From a virus, in the IMG/VR virus record IMGVR_UViG_3300020814_000003: a stretch of DNA of 36,033 nucleotides. One strand, given 5' to 3'. Positions 15,428 through 22,906 of this stretch are shown in pieces (position 1 is the first letter of the stretch; every line of letters starts with the position of its first letter). Below the pieces are notes generated by a model. It made no database searches and was not told the DNA's origin. It saw nothing but the letters and a program-made list of their open reading frames with translations. A program made the translations under genes and the position numbers.

Positions 15428-18400
15428 ACGCGCTGCGCATCCTGCACACCGCCGACGTGCACTTCGAGCGCGAGCACCAGGAGCAGGCGCTGGCCTCCCT
15501 GGAGGCGCTCTACGCCCACGGCCGCGATGACGGCGTGGACCTGTGGGCGATCGCCGGGGACCTGTTCGGCCGCGCCGTGGCCAACACGGCCGCTGCCGGC
15601 TTCCCCCGGCTGGTAGCGATCCTCCAGCGCATGCTGGATCTGGCGCCAATCGTCGCGGTCCGGGGCACCCCCACCCACGACATCGACGGGTGCTATGAGG
15701 CCCTGCAGGAGATCAAGGCCAGGTTCCGCTTCACCCTACTCGGCCCGAGGGAATCCAGTTTTCTTGGTCCGGACGGAGATGTTGGCGGAGATGCCGGCGC
15801 CCGTCTGCTGATCCTTGGCTGCCCTGAACCGTCGAAGGAGTGGTTTCTCCGGGATAAAGAGGGCCTGGGCCGCGACGAGGCAACCCAGGCCGTCAAGGAT
15901 GGAATGCGGCAGCTGCTGCTGGGCTTGGGGGCCATCCGCAAGCAGTACGCCGCGCTTCCTTGCCTCATGGTCTACCACGGGGCGGTGGAGGGCGCAAGCC
16001 TGTGCAACGGCCAGACTCTGCGCCCTGGGGAGCTGGCCATCGGGCGCGAGGACCTGACGCTGGTGGGCGCGGACTACTACGCGCTGGGGCACATCCACCT
16101 GGCGCAGCAGGTCGGGGGACTGCAGGCCTACTATCCCGGCAGCGCCTACCCGGTGAACTGGGGCGAGGTCGACCAGAAGGGCTTCAACCAGGTCGAAATC
16201 TGGCCGAGCGGTTCCCCTCTCATGATCATGCGCATCCCCTTCCCACACCCGCCGCGGCGGAAGCTGGTCAAGGAGCTCACCGAGGACATCCTGGATGAGG
16301 AAGTCCGCGGCTTCCAGGTCTGGGTGGTCCACCGCGTGCCCAAGGACGTGCCCTTCAACAACGACACGGTATTGCCCCTGCTGATGGAGGCGGGCGCGTT
16401 GGAGGGCTCCCGGGCGACGGTCGAGATCATCCCCACGGAGACGGTGCGCGCCGGCGCGATCGCGGAGGCCCGCGGGCTGCCCGACAAGCTGGCGGTGTAC
16501 GCCCTGAACAGCGGGGAGGCTCTGACCGAGCCGCAGCTGATGAAGGCTGCCTTCCTGGAGTCCGAGGTCCGGGCCCTGGGCCGGGCCTCGGAGGGCCTGC
16601 ACGTGCGCATCGACCGGCTGCGGCTGCGCGGGGCGATCGGCGTGTGGAAGGGCCTGGGGCTGGACGAGATCGACCTGGACCTGACCGCCTACGACGCCGG
16701 CCTGATCGCCCTGGTGGGCGCCAACGGCCGCGGGAAGACGACCCTGATCGAGAACATGCACCCCTACCCGGAGATGCTCACTCGCGCCGGCACGCTGCAG
16801 GAGCACTTTCGGCTGAAGGATTCCATCCGGGAGCTGTACTTCACCGACGAGCGCACCGGGGCGCAGTACCGGGCCCTGATCCAGATCGATGGGGCCAACG
16901 CCAGCGGCCGGGCCGAGTACCACCTGTTCCGCGAGGGGCAGCCGCTCACCAATGGCCGCAAGGCGGACTACGAGCAGGCCATCGAGCGGTTGTTCGGCAG
17001 CCTGTCCCTGTTCGTGCGTAGCGCGTTCGTCAGCCAGAAGCCGCCAAAGGGCCACCCGGACCTGACCGACGCCACAAAGGGAGAGAAGAAGGCGCTGTTC
17101 CGCGAGCTGGCCGGCCTGGACTACTTGCAAGCCTACAGCGAGGCCGCCCGGGAGAAGGCCAAGGTCCTGGAGGCGGAGACGGAACGGGACGCCGGGCGCA
17201 TCGAAGCGATGCAGGGCCAGCTCGCCGGCCGGGAGAGCTTGGCGGCAGACCTGGCGCTACGCCGGCAGGAGCTGCAGGCCAAGAGCACGGAGCTGCTGGG
17301 CCTGGAATCCCGGGGCAAGAGCGCCACGGCCAGCGTCGAGGAGCTGCGCGGCAAGGTGGAGCGCAACCGGGAGATCGAGCAGCGCATCCGGGAAAGCGAG
17401 AACCGGCAGGAGAAGCTGCGCGCGGAGGTCGACCACGTCGAGGCCGCGCGCACGACCTACCAGGCCGCCCTGGCCGGCCGGCCGGCGGCCGAGGCCGCCC
17501 TGGCCGAGATCGAGGCCCTGAAGGCCGAGGAGGGAGATCTCCGTGGAAAGCAAACCGAGGTCCTCCAGCAGCGAGAGCAGCTGCAGCGAGACTACCTGGA
17601 CAAGAACCGAGCTGCTGAGGATGCAGTGCGCAAGATCGAGGCAGCCCAGGCGGCGCTGGACCGCGAGGTGGCGCTCCTGGATCAGCAAAAGAAGGCGGCA
17701 ATCGCTCGGGTAGACGAGCTGGAGGTGGAGCTCTCCACCACGATCACCTGCCCGAAGTGCGAGCACAAGTTCCATCCGGACGCGGACACGGTGAGGGCCA
17801 AGATCGCGGCGCAGCAGGAGATCGCCTTCGAGGCGGACAAGCAGATCGAGGCGAAGCAGCTCGCGATCGAGGCCTGTAAGGCGGCGGTAGCGGAAATCAT
17901 CATCCCGGTGGAGCCGGAGCTGCCCACCTTCGACGACAGCCGGCTGCGGGAGATCGCCGCGAAGCTGAAGGACTGCGGCGAGCACATCCAGCGCAGCCTA
18001 GTCCGCGCGGCTGATGAGGCCGCGGTGCACATCCAGGAGGGCGAGCGGCGCAAGGCGCAAATCACGCAGGAGCTGGCCGAGCTGGGGACGCAGCACGACG
18101 AACTCGCCGGAAAGCTGCTGGGCCCGGAGCTGGAGGAGGCCTTCGCGGCGGGGCAGAAGGAGCTGGCCGACCTGGAGGCGGAGTACCGTACCTGCCGGGA
18201 CCTGGTAAAGACGCTGGAGGCCGTCGTGAGATCTCTGAAGATCCAGCTCGCGGAGCTCGACCAGGTCGCCCAGGAGCTGGAGACGCTGCAGCAGCAGGTA
18301 GAGGGCAAGCAGCAGGACGCCGCGGACTGGCGCTACCTGGAGCGGGCCACGGGCCCCGACGGGATCCAGGCGCTGGAGCTGGACGCCATGGGCCCGGGTA

Positions 18401-18873
18401 TCGCTGAGGTCGCCAACCGCCTGCTGTCCGCGGCTTACGGCAGCCGCTTCTCCGTGGAGTTTCGGACCACCCGGATCGGCGGGGCCGGCTCGAAGAAGAG
18501 GCAAATCGAGGATTTCCAGATCTGGATCCTGGACAGCGAGCACGGCAGCGAGCAGCTCCTGGAGACGCTCTCCGGCGGGGAGGCAGTCTGGATCAAGCGC
18601 GCCATCTATGACGCCTTCGGCATCATCCGCGACCGCAGCACGGGGCAGCGCTTCCTGACCTGCTTCCAGGATGAGGCAGACGGGGCCCTGGACCCGGAGG
18701 CCCGGTTGGCCTACTTCCGCATGCTGGAGGCAGCGCACCTGGAGGCCGGCCGCCGGCACACCATCGTCATCACCCACAGCCCGGAGGCGCAGGAGCAGAT
18801 CCCGCAGCGCATCCGCATGGAATACCTGGCGGCCGCGGCCGTGTCCGACGTCGAAGTCGAGGCAGCGAGATAG
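15424..18873 (+). CDS. Single-polypeptide Mre11/SbcD-type nuclease fused to a Rad50/SbcC-type ABC ATPase.
   Basis: 1149 aa from GTG 15424. Phosphoesterase motifs are LHTADVH, AGDLF, RGTPTHD, MVYHG and LGHIH. The ATPase part has Walker A GANGRGKTT (16717-16743), FVSQ, a long coiled coil with the CPKC hook (17749-17760), LSGGE, FQDEADGALD and ITHS. The track ORF is open from 14725, but that stretch overlaps the upstream gene. Confidence 0.85.
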   Translation: MNALRILHTADVHFEREHQEQALASLEALYAHGRDDGVDLWAIAGDLFGRAVANTAAAGFPRLVAILQRMLDLAPIVAVRGTPTHDIDGCYEALQEIKARFRFTLLGPRESSFLGPDGDVGGDAGARLLILGCPEPSKEWFLRDKEGLGRDEATQAVKDGMRQLLLGLGAIRKQYAALPCLMVYHGAVEGASLCNGQTLRPGELAIGREDLTLVGADYYALGHIHLAQQVGGLQAYYPGSAYPVNWGEVDQKGFNQVEIWPSGSPLMIMRIPFPHPPRRKLVKELTEDILDEEVRGFQVWVVHRVPKDVPFNNDTVLPLLMEAGALEGSRATVEIIPTETVRAGAIAEARGLPDKLAVYALNSGEALTEPQLMKAAFLESEVRALGRASEGLHVRIDRLRLRGAIGVWKGLGLDEIDLDLTAYDAGLIALVGANGRGKTTLIENMHPYPEMLTRAGTLQEHFRLKDSIRELYFTDERTGAQYRALIQIDGANASGRAEYHLFREGQPLTNGRKADYEQAIERLFGSLSLFVRSAFVSQKPPKGHPDLTDATKGEKKALFRELAGLDYLQAYSEAAREKAKVLEAETERDAGRIEAMQGQLAGRESLAADLALRRQELQAKSTELLGLESRGKSATASVEELRGKVERNREIEQRIRESENRQEKLRAEVDHVEAARTTYQAALAGRPAAEAALAEIEALKAEEGDLRGKQTEVLQQREQLQRDYLDKNRAAEDAVRKIEAAQAALDREVALLDQQKKAAIARVDELEVELSTTITCPKCEHKFHPDADTVRAKIAAQQEIAFEADKQIEAKQLAIEACKAAVAEIIIPVEPELPTFDDSRLREIAAKLKDCGEHIQRSLVRAADEAAVHIQEGERRKAQITQELAELGTQHDELAGKLLGPELEEAFAAGQKELADLEAEYRTCRDLVKTLEAVVRSLKIQLAELDQVAQELETLQQQVEGKQQDAADWRYLERATGPDGIQALELDAMGPGIAEVANRLLSAAYGSRFSVEFRTTRIGGAGSKKRQIEDFQIWILDSEHGSEQLLETLSGGEAVWIKRAIYDAFGIIRDRSTGQRFLTCFQDEADGALDPEARLAYFRMLEAAHLEAGRRHTIVITHSPEAQEQIPQRIRMEYLAAAAVSDVEVEAAR

Positions 18874-19102
18874 GAGGGGGCGATCTTGACCCATGAGATC
18901 GTGTTCGGCGTGCTGAGCCAGGAGTCGCTCATCGCGTCGATCTGCGGCGCATCCGTTACCGGAGGGAGCCGTGCTTCCGAGCGCGGGGATCGCGTCGCGA
19001 GAGCTACTACGTCGATGCCGGCGGAGGGGCGCGGGGTTCTGGCCCCCGGTCAGCTCTTCGTGGCGCGACGAGCATTCCCTCCTGCCGGTCCCGTGGTGTC
19101 GA

Positions 19103-19124
19103 CGCCGCGGGGCCGGCGCTTTTT
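19103..19124 (+). terminator. Weak GC hairpin followed by T5, upstream of the tRNA-like element.
   Basis: CGCCG (19103-19107) pairs with CGGCG (19114-19118), followed by c-TTTTT (19120-19124). The stem is short. Confidence 0.3.
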
Positions 19125-19125
19125 C

Positions 19126-19220
19126 GGGGCCGTGGCGAAACTGGCAGACGCGGGGCAGGCCCCCTGCCGGCGGTTGAAGACGCCTGCCGTCGGCGTGCAG
19201 GTTCGAGTCCTGCCGGCCCC
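19126..19220 (+). tRNA. tRNA-like element with a class II/Leu-type body but a non-canonical, expanded anticodon region.
   Basis: The acceptor pairs GGGGCCG (19126-32) with CGGCCCC (19214-20). The D arm TGGCGAAACTGGCAGACGC is typical of tRNA-Leu. The T arm is perfect: GCAGG-TTCGAGT-CCTGC (19197-19213). The central stem GGCAGGC (19154-60)/GCCTGCC (19182-88) encloses 21 nt instead of 7. No CCA is encoded. Confidence 0.5.
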
Positions 19221-19235
19221 TTCCTGGAGGTGCAC

Positions 19236-19457
19236 ATGAAGCAAGCAGCGAACACCCTTCCCGTTTTCCAGACGCGCTGCCGAGGCAGCTGCGCCTACAT
19301 CCAGGACCTGGACGTTCACAGCCTGAACGGCGAGCAGGTCGGCGTGCGCATTACGCAGGAGCGCTGCCCGCAGTGCGACGGGCGGATGATGGAGTTGTTC
19401 CTGCATTACGCGGGCCGCCAGCACTCGGGCCAGGTGCACAGGAGAATGATCTCTTGA
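19236..19457 (+). CDS. Small zinc-ribbon-like protein.
   Basis: 73 aa, with GGAGG upstream. Cys pairs are CRGSC ... CPQC. High GC3. Confidence 0.55.
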   Translation: MKQAANTLPVFQTRCRGSCAYIQDLDVHSLNGEQVGVRITQERCPQCDGRMMELFLHYAGRQHSGQVHRRMIS

Positions 19458-19502
19458 GCGCCGTGCGCGAGCCTGGCCTGCCCGCATAACGGGAGGATGG
19501 TC

Positions 19503-19895
19503 ATGGAGTACTGCACCAGCAGCAACGGGGAATCGTTCTCGGGCACTTTCCCGACGCGCGAGGAGGCCATGCGGGAGGAGATCTTCGGGAATGGGCGGGA
19601 GCCCGGCGAGGTCTTCTATATCGGCCAGGCCCTGGAGTGCAAGGCCTCCGACTTCTTCGATATCGACCGGCTTCTGGAAGAGATGGGCGAGCAGGCCTAC
19701 GACCAAGTGGGCGAGGCCTGCGAGTCCTGGCCGGATCTCGGGAAAGAGGAGATCGAGGAGCTGGACAAGCAGATCTGCTCGTTCCTGGACGAGAAGGTCT
19801 CGGTCAGCTTCTTCCGGGTGGACGAGATAGAGAAGATCACGGTCACCCCGGAGCTGATCGCCAAGTACGATGGAGAGGAAGGAGGGAAGAGCTGA
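19503..19895 (+). CDS. Acidic hypothetical protein.
   Basis: 130 aa from the ATG 6 nt after GGAGG (the track start 19497 is too close to the RBS). The sequence is MEYCTSSNGESFSGTFPTREEAMREEIFG..., and the stop overlaps the next start. Confidence 0.6.
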   Translation: MEYCTSSNGESFSGTFPTREEAMREEIFGNGREPGEVFYIGQALECKASDFFDIDRLLEEMGEQAYDQVGEACESWPDLGKEEIEELDKQICSFLDEKVSVSFFRVDEIEKITVTPELIAKYDGEEGGKS

Positions 19896-20524
19896 TGGCG
19901 GTAGTTGCAGCGCGAATCGACGATGTCACGGTAGAGAAAAAGGACCCCACGGTCTACCAGGTCCTACGGATGCACACCGCTGGTGGCTTCTTCACAGCCG
20001 TGAGCTGGGTCTACCGGGCATCCTGGAAGGGGAACGCCAACGAGCGGAAGTACTTCCACCGGGTGCTTCGCGTGGAGCCGGAGGCGATCATGTCCACCGA
20101 CGGCCGGCGGATCCACGCCTACCACTGCCGGCAGGACCTCATCCCTCCAGGGGACTGGACCGTGGAGCAGCTCACCAGCACAATCGCCGTGCTCGCGCGA
20201 AAAGAAGACGACGAGCGCGGGATCGACTGGAAGAGAGTCCTGCACATCGACGAGGCTCCCTTGCGCTGTTTCAGCCTGAACCTCTGGCTGCCTCGGAAGA
20301 CCAATCTTAGCGCGCCCTATACTTACCTGGTCCGGGCCCTACCCGAACAGCTCACCCTCGACCTGGACTACCTGGAGGACCTGCGCGGCTTCGAGTGGGA
20401 GGTGCAGATCTACGAGAAGCTGGCGGCGGTCCGCTTCGTCAACGGCGCCAAGGAGGCCCTGGTCATGGCGAAGATGGCGGACTGGAAGCCAGATTTCGAA
20501 GAGCCTTCCGGGAGGGAATCATGA
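19895..20524 (+). CDS. Short sliding-clamp (DnaN beta)-like protein, tentative.
   Basis: 209 aa. MSTDGRRIHAY resembles the clamp ATDGHRLA motif. The C-terminus LDLDYLEDLRGFEWEVQIY...ALVMAKMAD resembles the clamp FNxxYLxDxL...MPMR ending. ATGA coupling on both sides. Confidence 0.35.
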   Translation: MAVVAARIDDVTVEKKDPTVYQVLRMHTAGGFFTAVSWVYRASWKGNANERKYFHRVLRVEPEAIMSTDGRRIHAYHCRQDLIPPGDWTVEQLTSTIAVLARKEDDERGIDWKRVLHIDEAPLRCFSLNLWLPRKTNLSAPYTYLVRALPEQLTLDLDYLEDLRGFEWEVQIYEKLAAVRFVNGAKEALVMAKMADWKPDFEEPSGRES

Positions 20525-21045
20525 AAAAGCTGCTCGAGCCGATGTTCCGCGTTGGGGATCTGGTGCGCTGGACCTCGCAGTCCCAAGGATTCACTACCAC
20601 CAAAGAGGGCAAGATCGTGGCCGTGGTGGCCCAGCATGCCAGGGGCCTCACGAAGCGCCAGGTGGCCGTCATGACCGCCTACGCGGTCAGGGGCGGGGCC
20701 TTCGCCAACTACCTGGGCCGGCTGCGCTCGCTGGGCTACATCGAGGGCCGGGACACGCTGCGCATCACGGCCGAAGGGCTGGCCGCCCTGGGCACTTTCG
20801 AGCCCCTGCCGGTGGGACGAGAGCTCCTCGAGCACTGGCTGCGGCAGCTGGGCCGCGCGGAGCGGCTGATCTTGCAGCACCTGGCGGAGATCTACCCGGG
20901 GGCAGCCTCCAGGGAGGATCTCGGCGCGGCTACGGGCTACGAGCCATCCGGTGGCGGGTTCGCCAACGCGGTCGGCAAGCTGCGCACCCTGGAGCTGATC
21001 CAGGGACGCGGAGAGCTGCGGGCCAGCGAGGAGCTGTTCGTATGA
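20521..21045 (+). CDS. Tandem winged-helix DNA-binding protein.
   Basis: 174 aa, with the repeated motif GGAFANYLGRLRSLGYIEG / GGGFANAVGKLRTLELIQG. Confidence 0.5.
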   Translation: MKKLLEPMFRVGDLVRWTSQSQGFTTTKEGKIVAVVAQHARGLTKRQVAVMTAYAVRGGAFANYLGRLRSLGYIEGRDTLRITAEGLAALGTFEPLPVGRELLEHWLRQLGRAERLILQHLAEIYPGAASREDLGAATGYEPSGGGFANAVGKLRTLELIQGRGELRASEELFV

Positions 21046-21389
21046 GCGGTCCCGCCTGGAGCCCGAAGGAGATCTCCTGCTTCCTGGCCTGGACGGAGAA
21101 GCTGCCGGCCAGATCTATCGCCCTCCGCCTTGGACGCAGCCAACCCGCGGTCATGGGCATGCGGCGCAAGCTCAAGCGCCTGCGAGAGCTGGACGCTGCG
21201 GAGGCAGAGCTCGCGGTGCTGCTCAAGATAAACGAGGACCTGGTGCTCCGCCGCAGCCTCGCGGAGATCCGCCGGCGAGCGCAGCTCCTCGCCGTGCCCG
21301 TGAAGCACTACCTGCGCCGCGGCCGCCTGACGGGCAAGCCCCACCTGGTGGACGACCACCTGCGTCGCCCCGTGGAGAAAGGACCCTGA
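21042..21389 (+). CDS. HTH-type DNA-binding protein.
   Basis: 115 aa: WSPKEISCFLAWTEKLPARSIALRLGRSQPAVMGMRRKLKRL. ATGA overlaps at both ends. Confidence 0.45.
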   Translation: MSGPAWSPKEISCFLAWTEKLPARSIALRLGRSQPAVMGMRRKLKRLRELDAAEAELAVLLKINEDLVLRRSLAEIRRRAQLLAVPVKHYLRRGRLTGKPHLVDDHLRRPVEKGP

Positions 21390-21472
21390 TGATGCTGGCA
21401 GACGATCTCTTTGACGGGTCGTGGGATTGCTGGATCTACGAAGCCCAGTGCTGGCCAGTGGGGGACTTCTGA
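21389..21472 (+). CDS. 27-codon micro-ORF bridging two genes by overlapping stop/start codons.
   Basis: MMLADDLFDGSWDCWIYEAQCWPVGDF. Its ATG overlaps the upstream TGA (21387-89), and its TGA (21470-72) overlaps the ParB-like ATG. Confidence 0.3.
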   Translation: MMLADDLFDGSWDCWIYEAQCWPVGDF

Positions 21473-22221
21473 TGAACGTCCGCGATATCCCCCTGGTGAA
21501 GATCTTCATCACCAAGAACGTGCGCTTTGAAACCGATGAGGAGCTGGGCGAGCTGATCGGCAGCGTGGAGCGCTTCACCCAGCTGCAGCCCATCGGCGTG
21601 TTCCCGCGCGGGGAACGCGGCTACGAGCTGGTCTGGGGTCACCGCCGCTTCCGCGCGGCCCAGATGGCCGGAGAGTACAGCATCGCCGCGCGGATCCTGG
21701 ACGACATCCCGGAACGCGACATCCCGCTGATCAAGCTGCAGGAGAACATGGTCCGCAAGCAGCTGTCCGCGGAGGAGATCGTGAAGGCCGCTGATGAGCT
21801 CAAGCACCAGCGCCCCGGGCTCACCGATCGGCTGGTCGACCAGATGCTGGGCAAGCGCCCGGGCTACCTGAGCTATCAGCGCAGCCTGCTGCAGACATAC
21901 GAGTGGCTGGCCACGCAGGGCCTCAAGAAGAAGCACCTGGAGGCGCTCAATGCGGAGGAGCTGTTTGCGCTGAAGGCCAAGCTGGAGAAGCGCCAGGCCC
22001 AGCCGCGCCGCAGCACCTACCACCGTGGCGGCCGCACGCCCAGCAACGGCTTTGAGATCATCGTCACGCGGGGCCCGAACATCATCGTGGTCTGCAGCTG
22101 CAAGACCACGAAGGCCCGCGTGGTGCGCTACCTGAAGCGTCTACTGGCCCCGGCGGAGGGGAAGAAAGGAGGTGCGCGGGAAGGAAACGGCAAGGGTCCT
22201 CGCAGCAAGGGCCCGCCATAA
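21472..22221 (+). CDS. ParB N-terminal-domain (ParB/Srx) protein.
   Basis: 249 aa: QPIGVFPRGERGYELVWGHRRFRAAQMAG, which contains the GxRR box, with a basic C-terminus. The track start 21421 lacks support. Confidence 0.65.
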   Translation: MNVRDIPLVKIFITKNVRFETDEELGELIGSVERFTQLQPIGVFPRGERGYELVWGHRRFRAAQMAGEYSIAARILDDIPERDIPLIKLQENMVRKQLSAEEIVKAADELKHQRPGLTDRLVDQMLGKRPGYLSYQRSLLQTYEWLATQGLKKKHLEALNAEELFALKAKLEKRQAQPRRSTYHRGGRTPSNGFEIIVTRGPNIIVVCSCKTTKARVVRYLKRLLAPAEGKKGGAREGNGKGPRSKGPP

Positions 22222-22237
22222 AGAGGCGGCGGGCTCG

Positions 22238-22275
22238 GGCCGGCGCCCATCCAGATCGCGGCGCCGGCCTTCTTC
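22238..22275 (+). terminator. Intrinsic terminator-like hairpin after the ParB-like gene.
   Basis: A perfect 10-bp stem pairs GGCCGGCGCC (22238-47) with GGCGCCGGCC (22260-69), followed by TTCTTCGATT. Confidence 0.5.
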
Positions 22276-22298
22276 GATTCCACCCGGGGAGGGGAGCT

Positions 22299-22679
22299 TT
22301 GACGGAGAACTGGAAGCCCATCGACGGATACTCCTACGAGGTCAGCGACCAGGGACGCGTGCGCCGGATCCTGCCGGACGGCGGCCGGCGCCTGGTAGCC
22401 CAGGAGCTGGTCAAGAAGCGCAACGGAGAATACCTGCGCGTGGATCTGTGGCGCTGGAATCGCCGCCGGCATTTCTCCGTCCACCGCCTGGTCGCCGCGG
22501 CCTTCCTTCCACCACCGGAGCCCGGGCAGCGCGAGGTCAACCACTGGGACACCAACACGCTCCATAACGCCGCCAGCAACCTGGAGTGGTCCAGCCGGCG
22601 CGAAAATGAAGCGCACAAGCGCTACATGCGCGCCTTTCGGGGGCTGCCTGCCGTTGCTGCCGCCGGAGGTTCGGACTGA
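22299..22679 (+). CDS. HNH homing-type endonuclease (NUMOD4-like N-terminus plus HNH_3-like core).
   Basis: TTG start after GGGGAGGGGAG. Motifs are WKPIDGYSYEVSDQGRVRR and VNHWDTNTLHNAASNLEWSSRRENEAH. Confidence 0.7.
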   Translation: MTENWKPIDGYSYEVSDQGRVRRILPDGGRRLVAQELVKKRNGEYLRVDLWRWNRRRHFSVHRLVAAAFLPPPEPGQREVNHWDTNTLHNAASNLEWSSRRENEAHKRYMRAFRGLPAVAAAGGSD

Positions 22680-22906
22680 TGGCGCAGCTCACCCTCTTCG
22701 ATCTCGGCGGCCGCATCGACTGGCGCGCCGGCAACTACCGCATGGAGGCCTCCGAGGGCCACCGCTTCTGCATCCGCTGCCGGTGGTGCAGCCAGTGGAA
22801 CCGCAAGCCCGGCTTCGGCTTCTGCGAGCTGAAGCATCGAGTGCTCCCGGAGGAGCCCTGGGTCCGCCTGAACGGTATCTGCGACTACTTCGAGGTGCCC
22901 GATTGA
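22679..22906 (+). CDS. Cys-rich small hypothetical protein.
   Basis: 75 aa with an ATGA overlap. Contains CIRCRWC...C...C. Confidence 0.5.
   Translation: MAQLTLFDLGGRIDWRAGNYRMEASEGHRFCIRCRWCSQWNRKPGFGFCELKHRVLPEEPWVRLNGICDYFEVPD

Noticed and set aside
14468-17130. Long minus-strand ORFs (14468..15649, 14914..15678, 15736..17130) and the nested + ORFs in other frames of the SSAP and SbcDC genes.
   Set aside because: All lie within or opposite genes with strong motif support. They have no RBS/start context and their composition is typical of off-frame GC-rich translation.
19081-19220. Possibility that the tRNA-like sequence is an attP core (a partial tRNA copy used for integration).
   Set aside because: Both the 5' and 3' acceptor halves are present and complementary, so it is not just a 3' tRNA fragment. 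No integrase was recognised anywhere in the genome.
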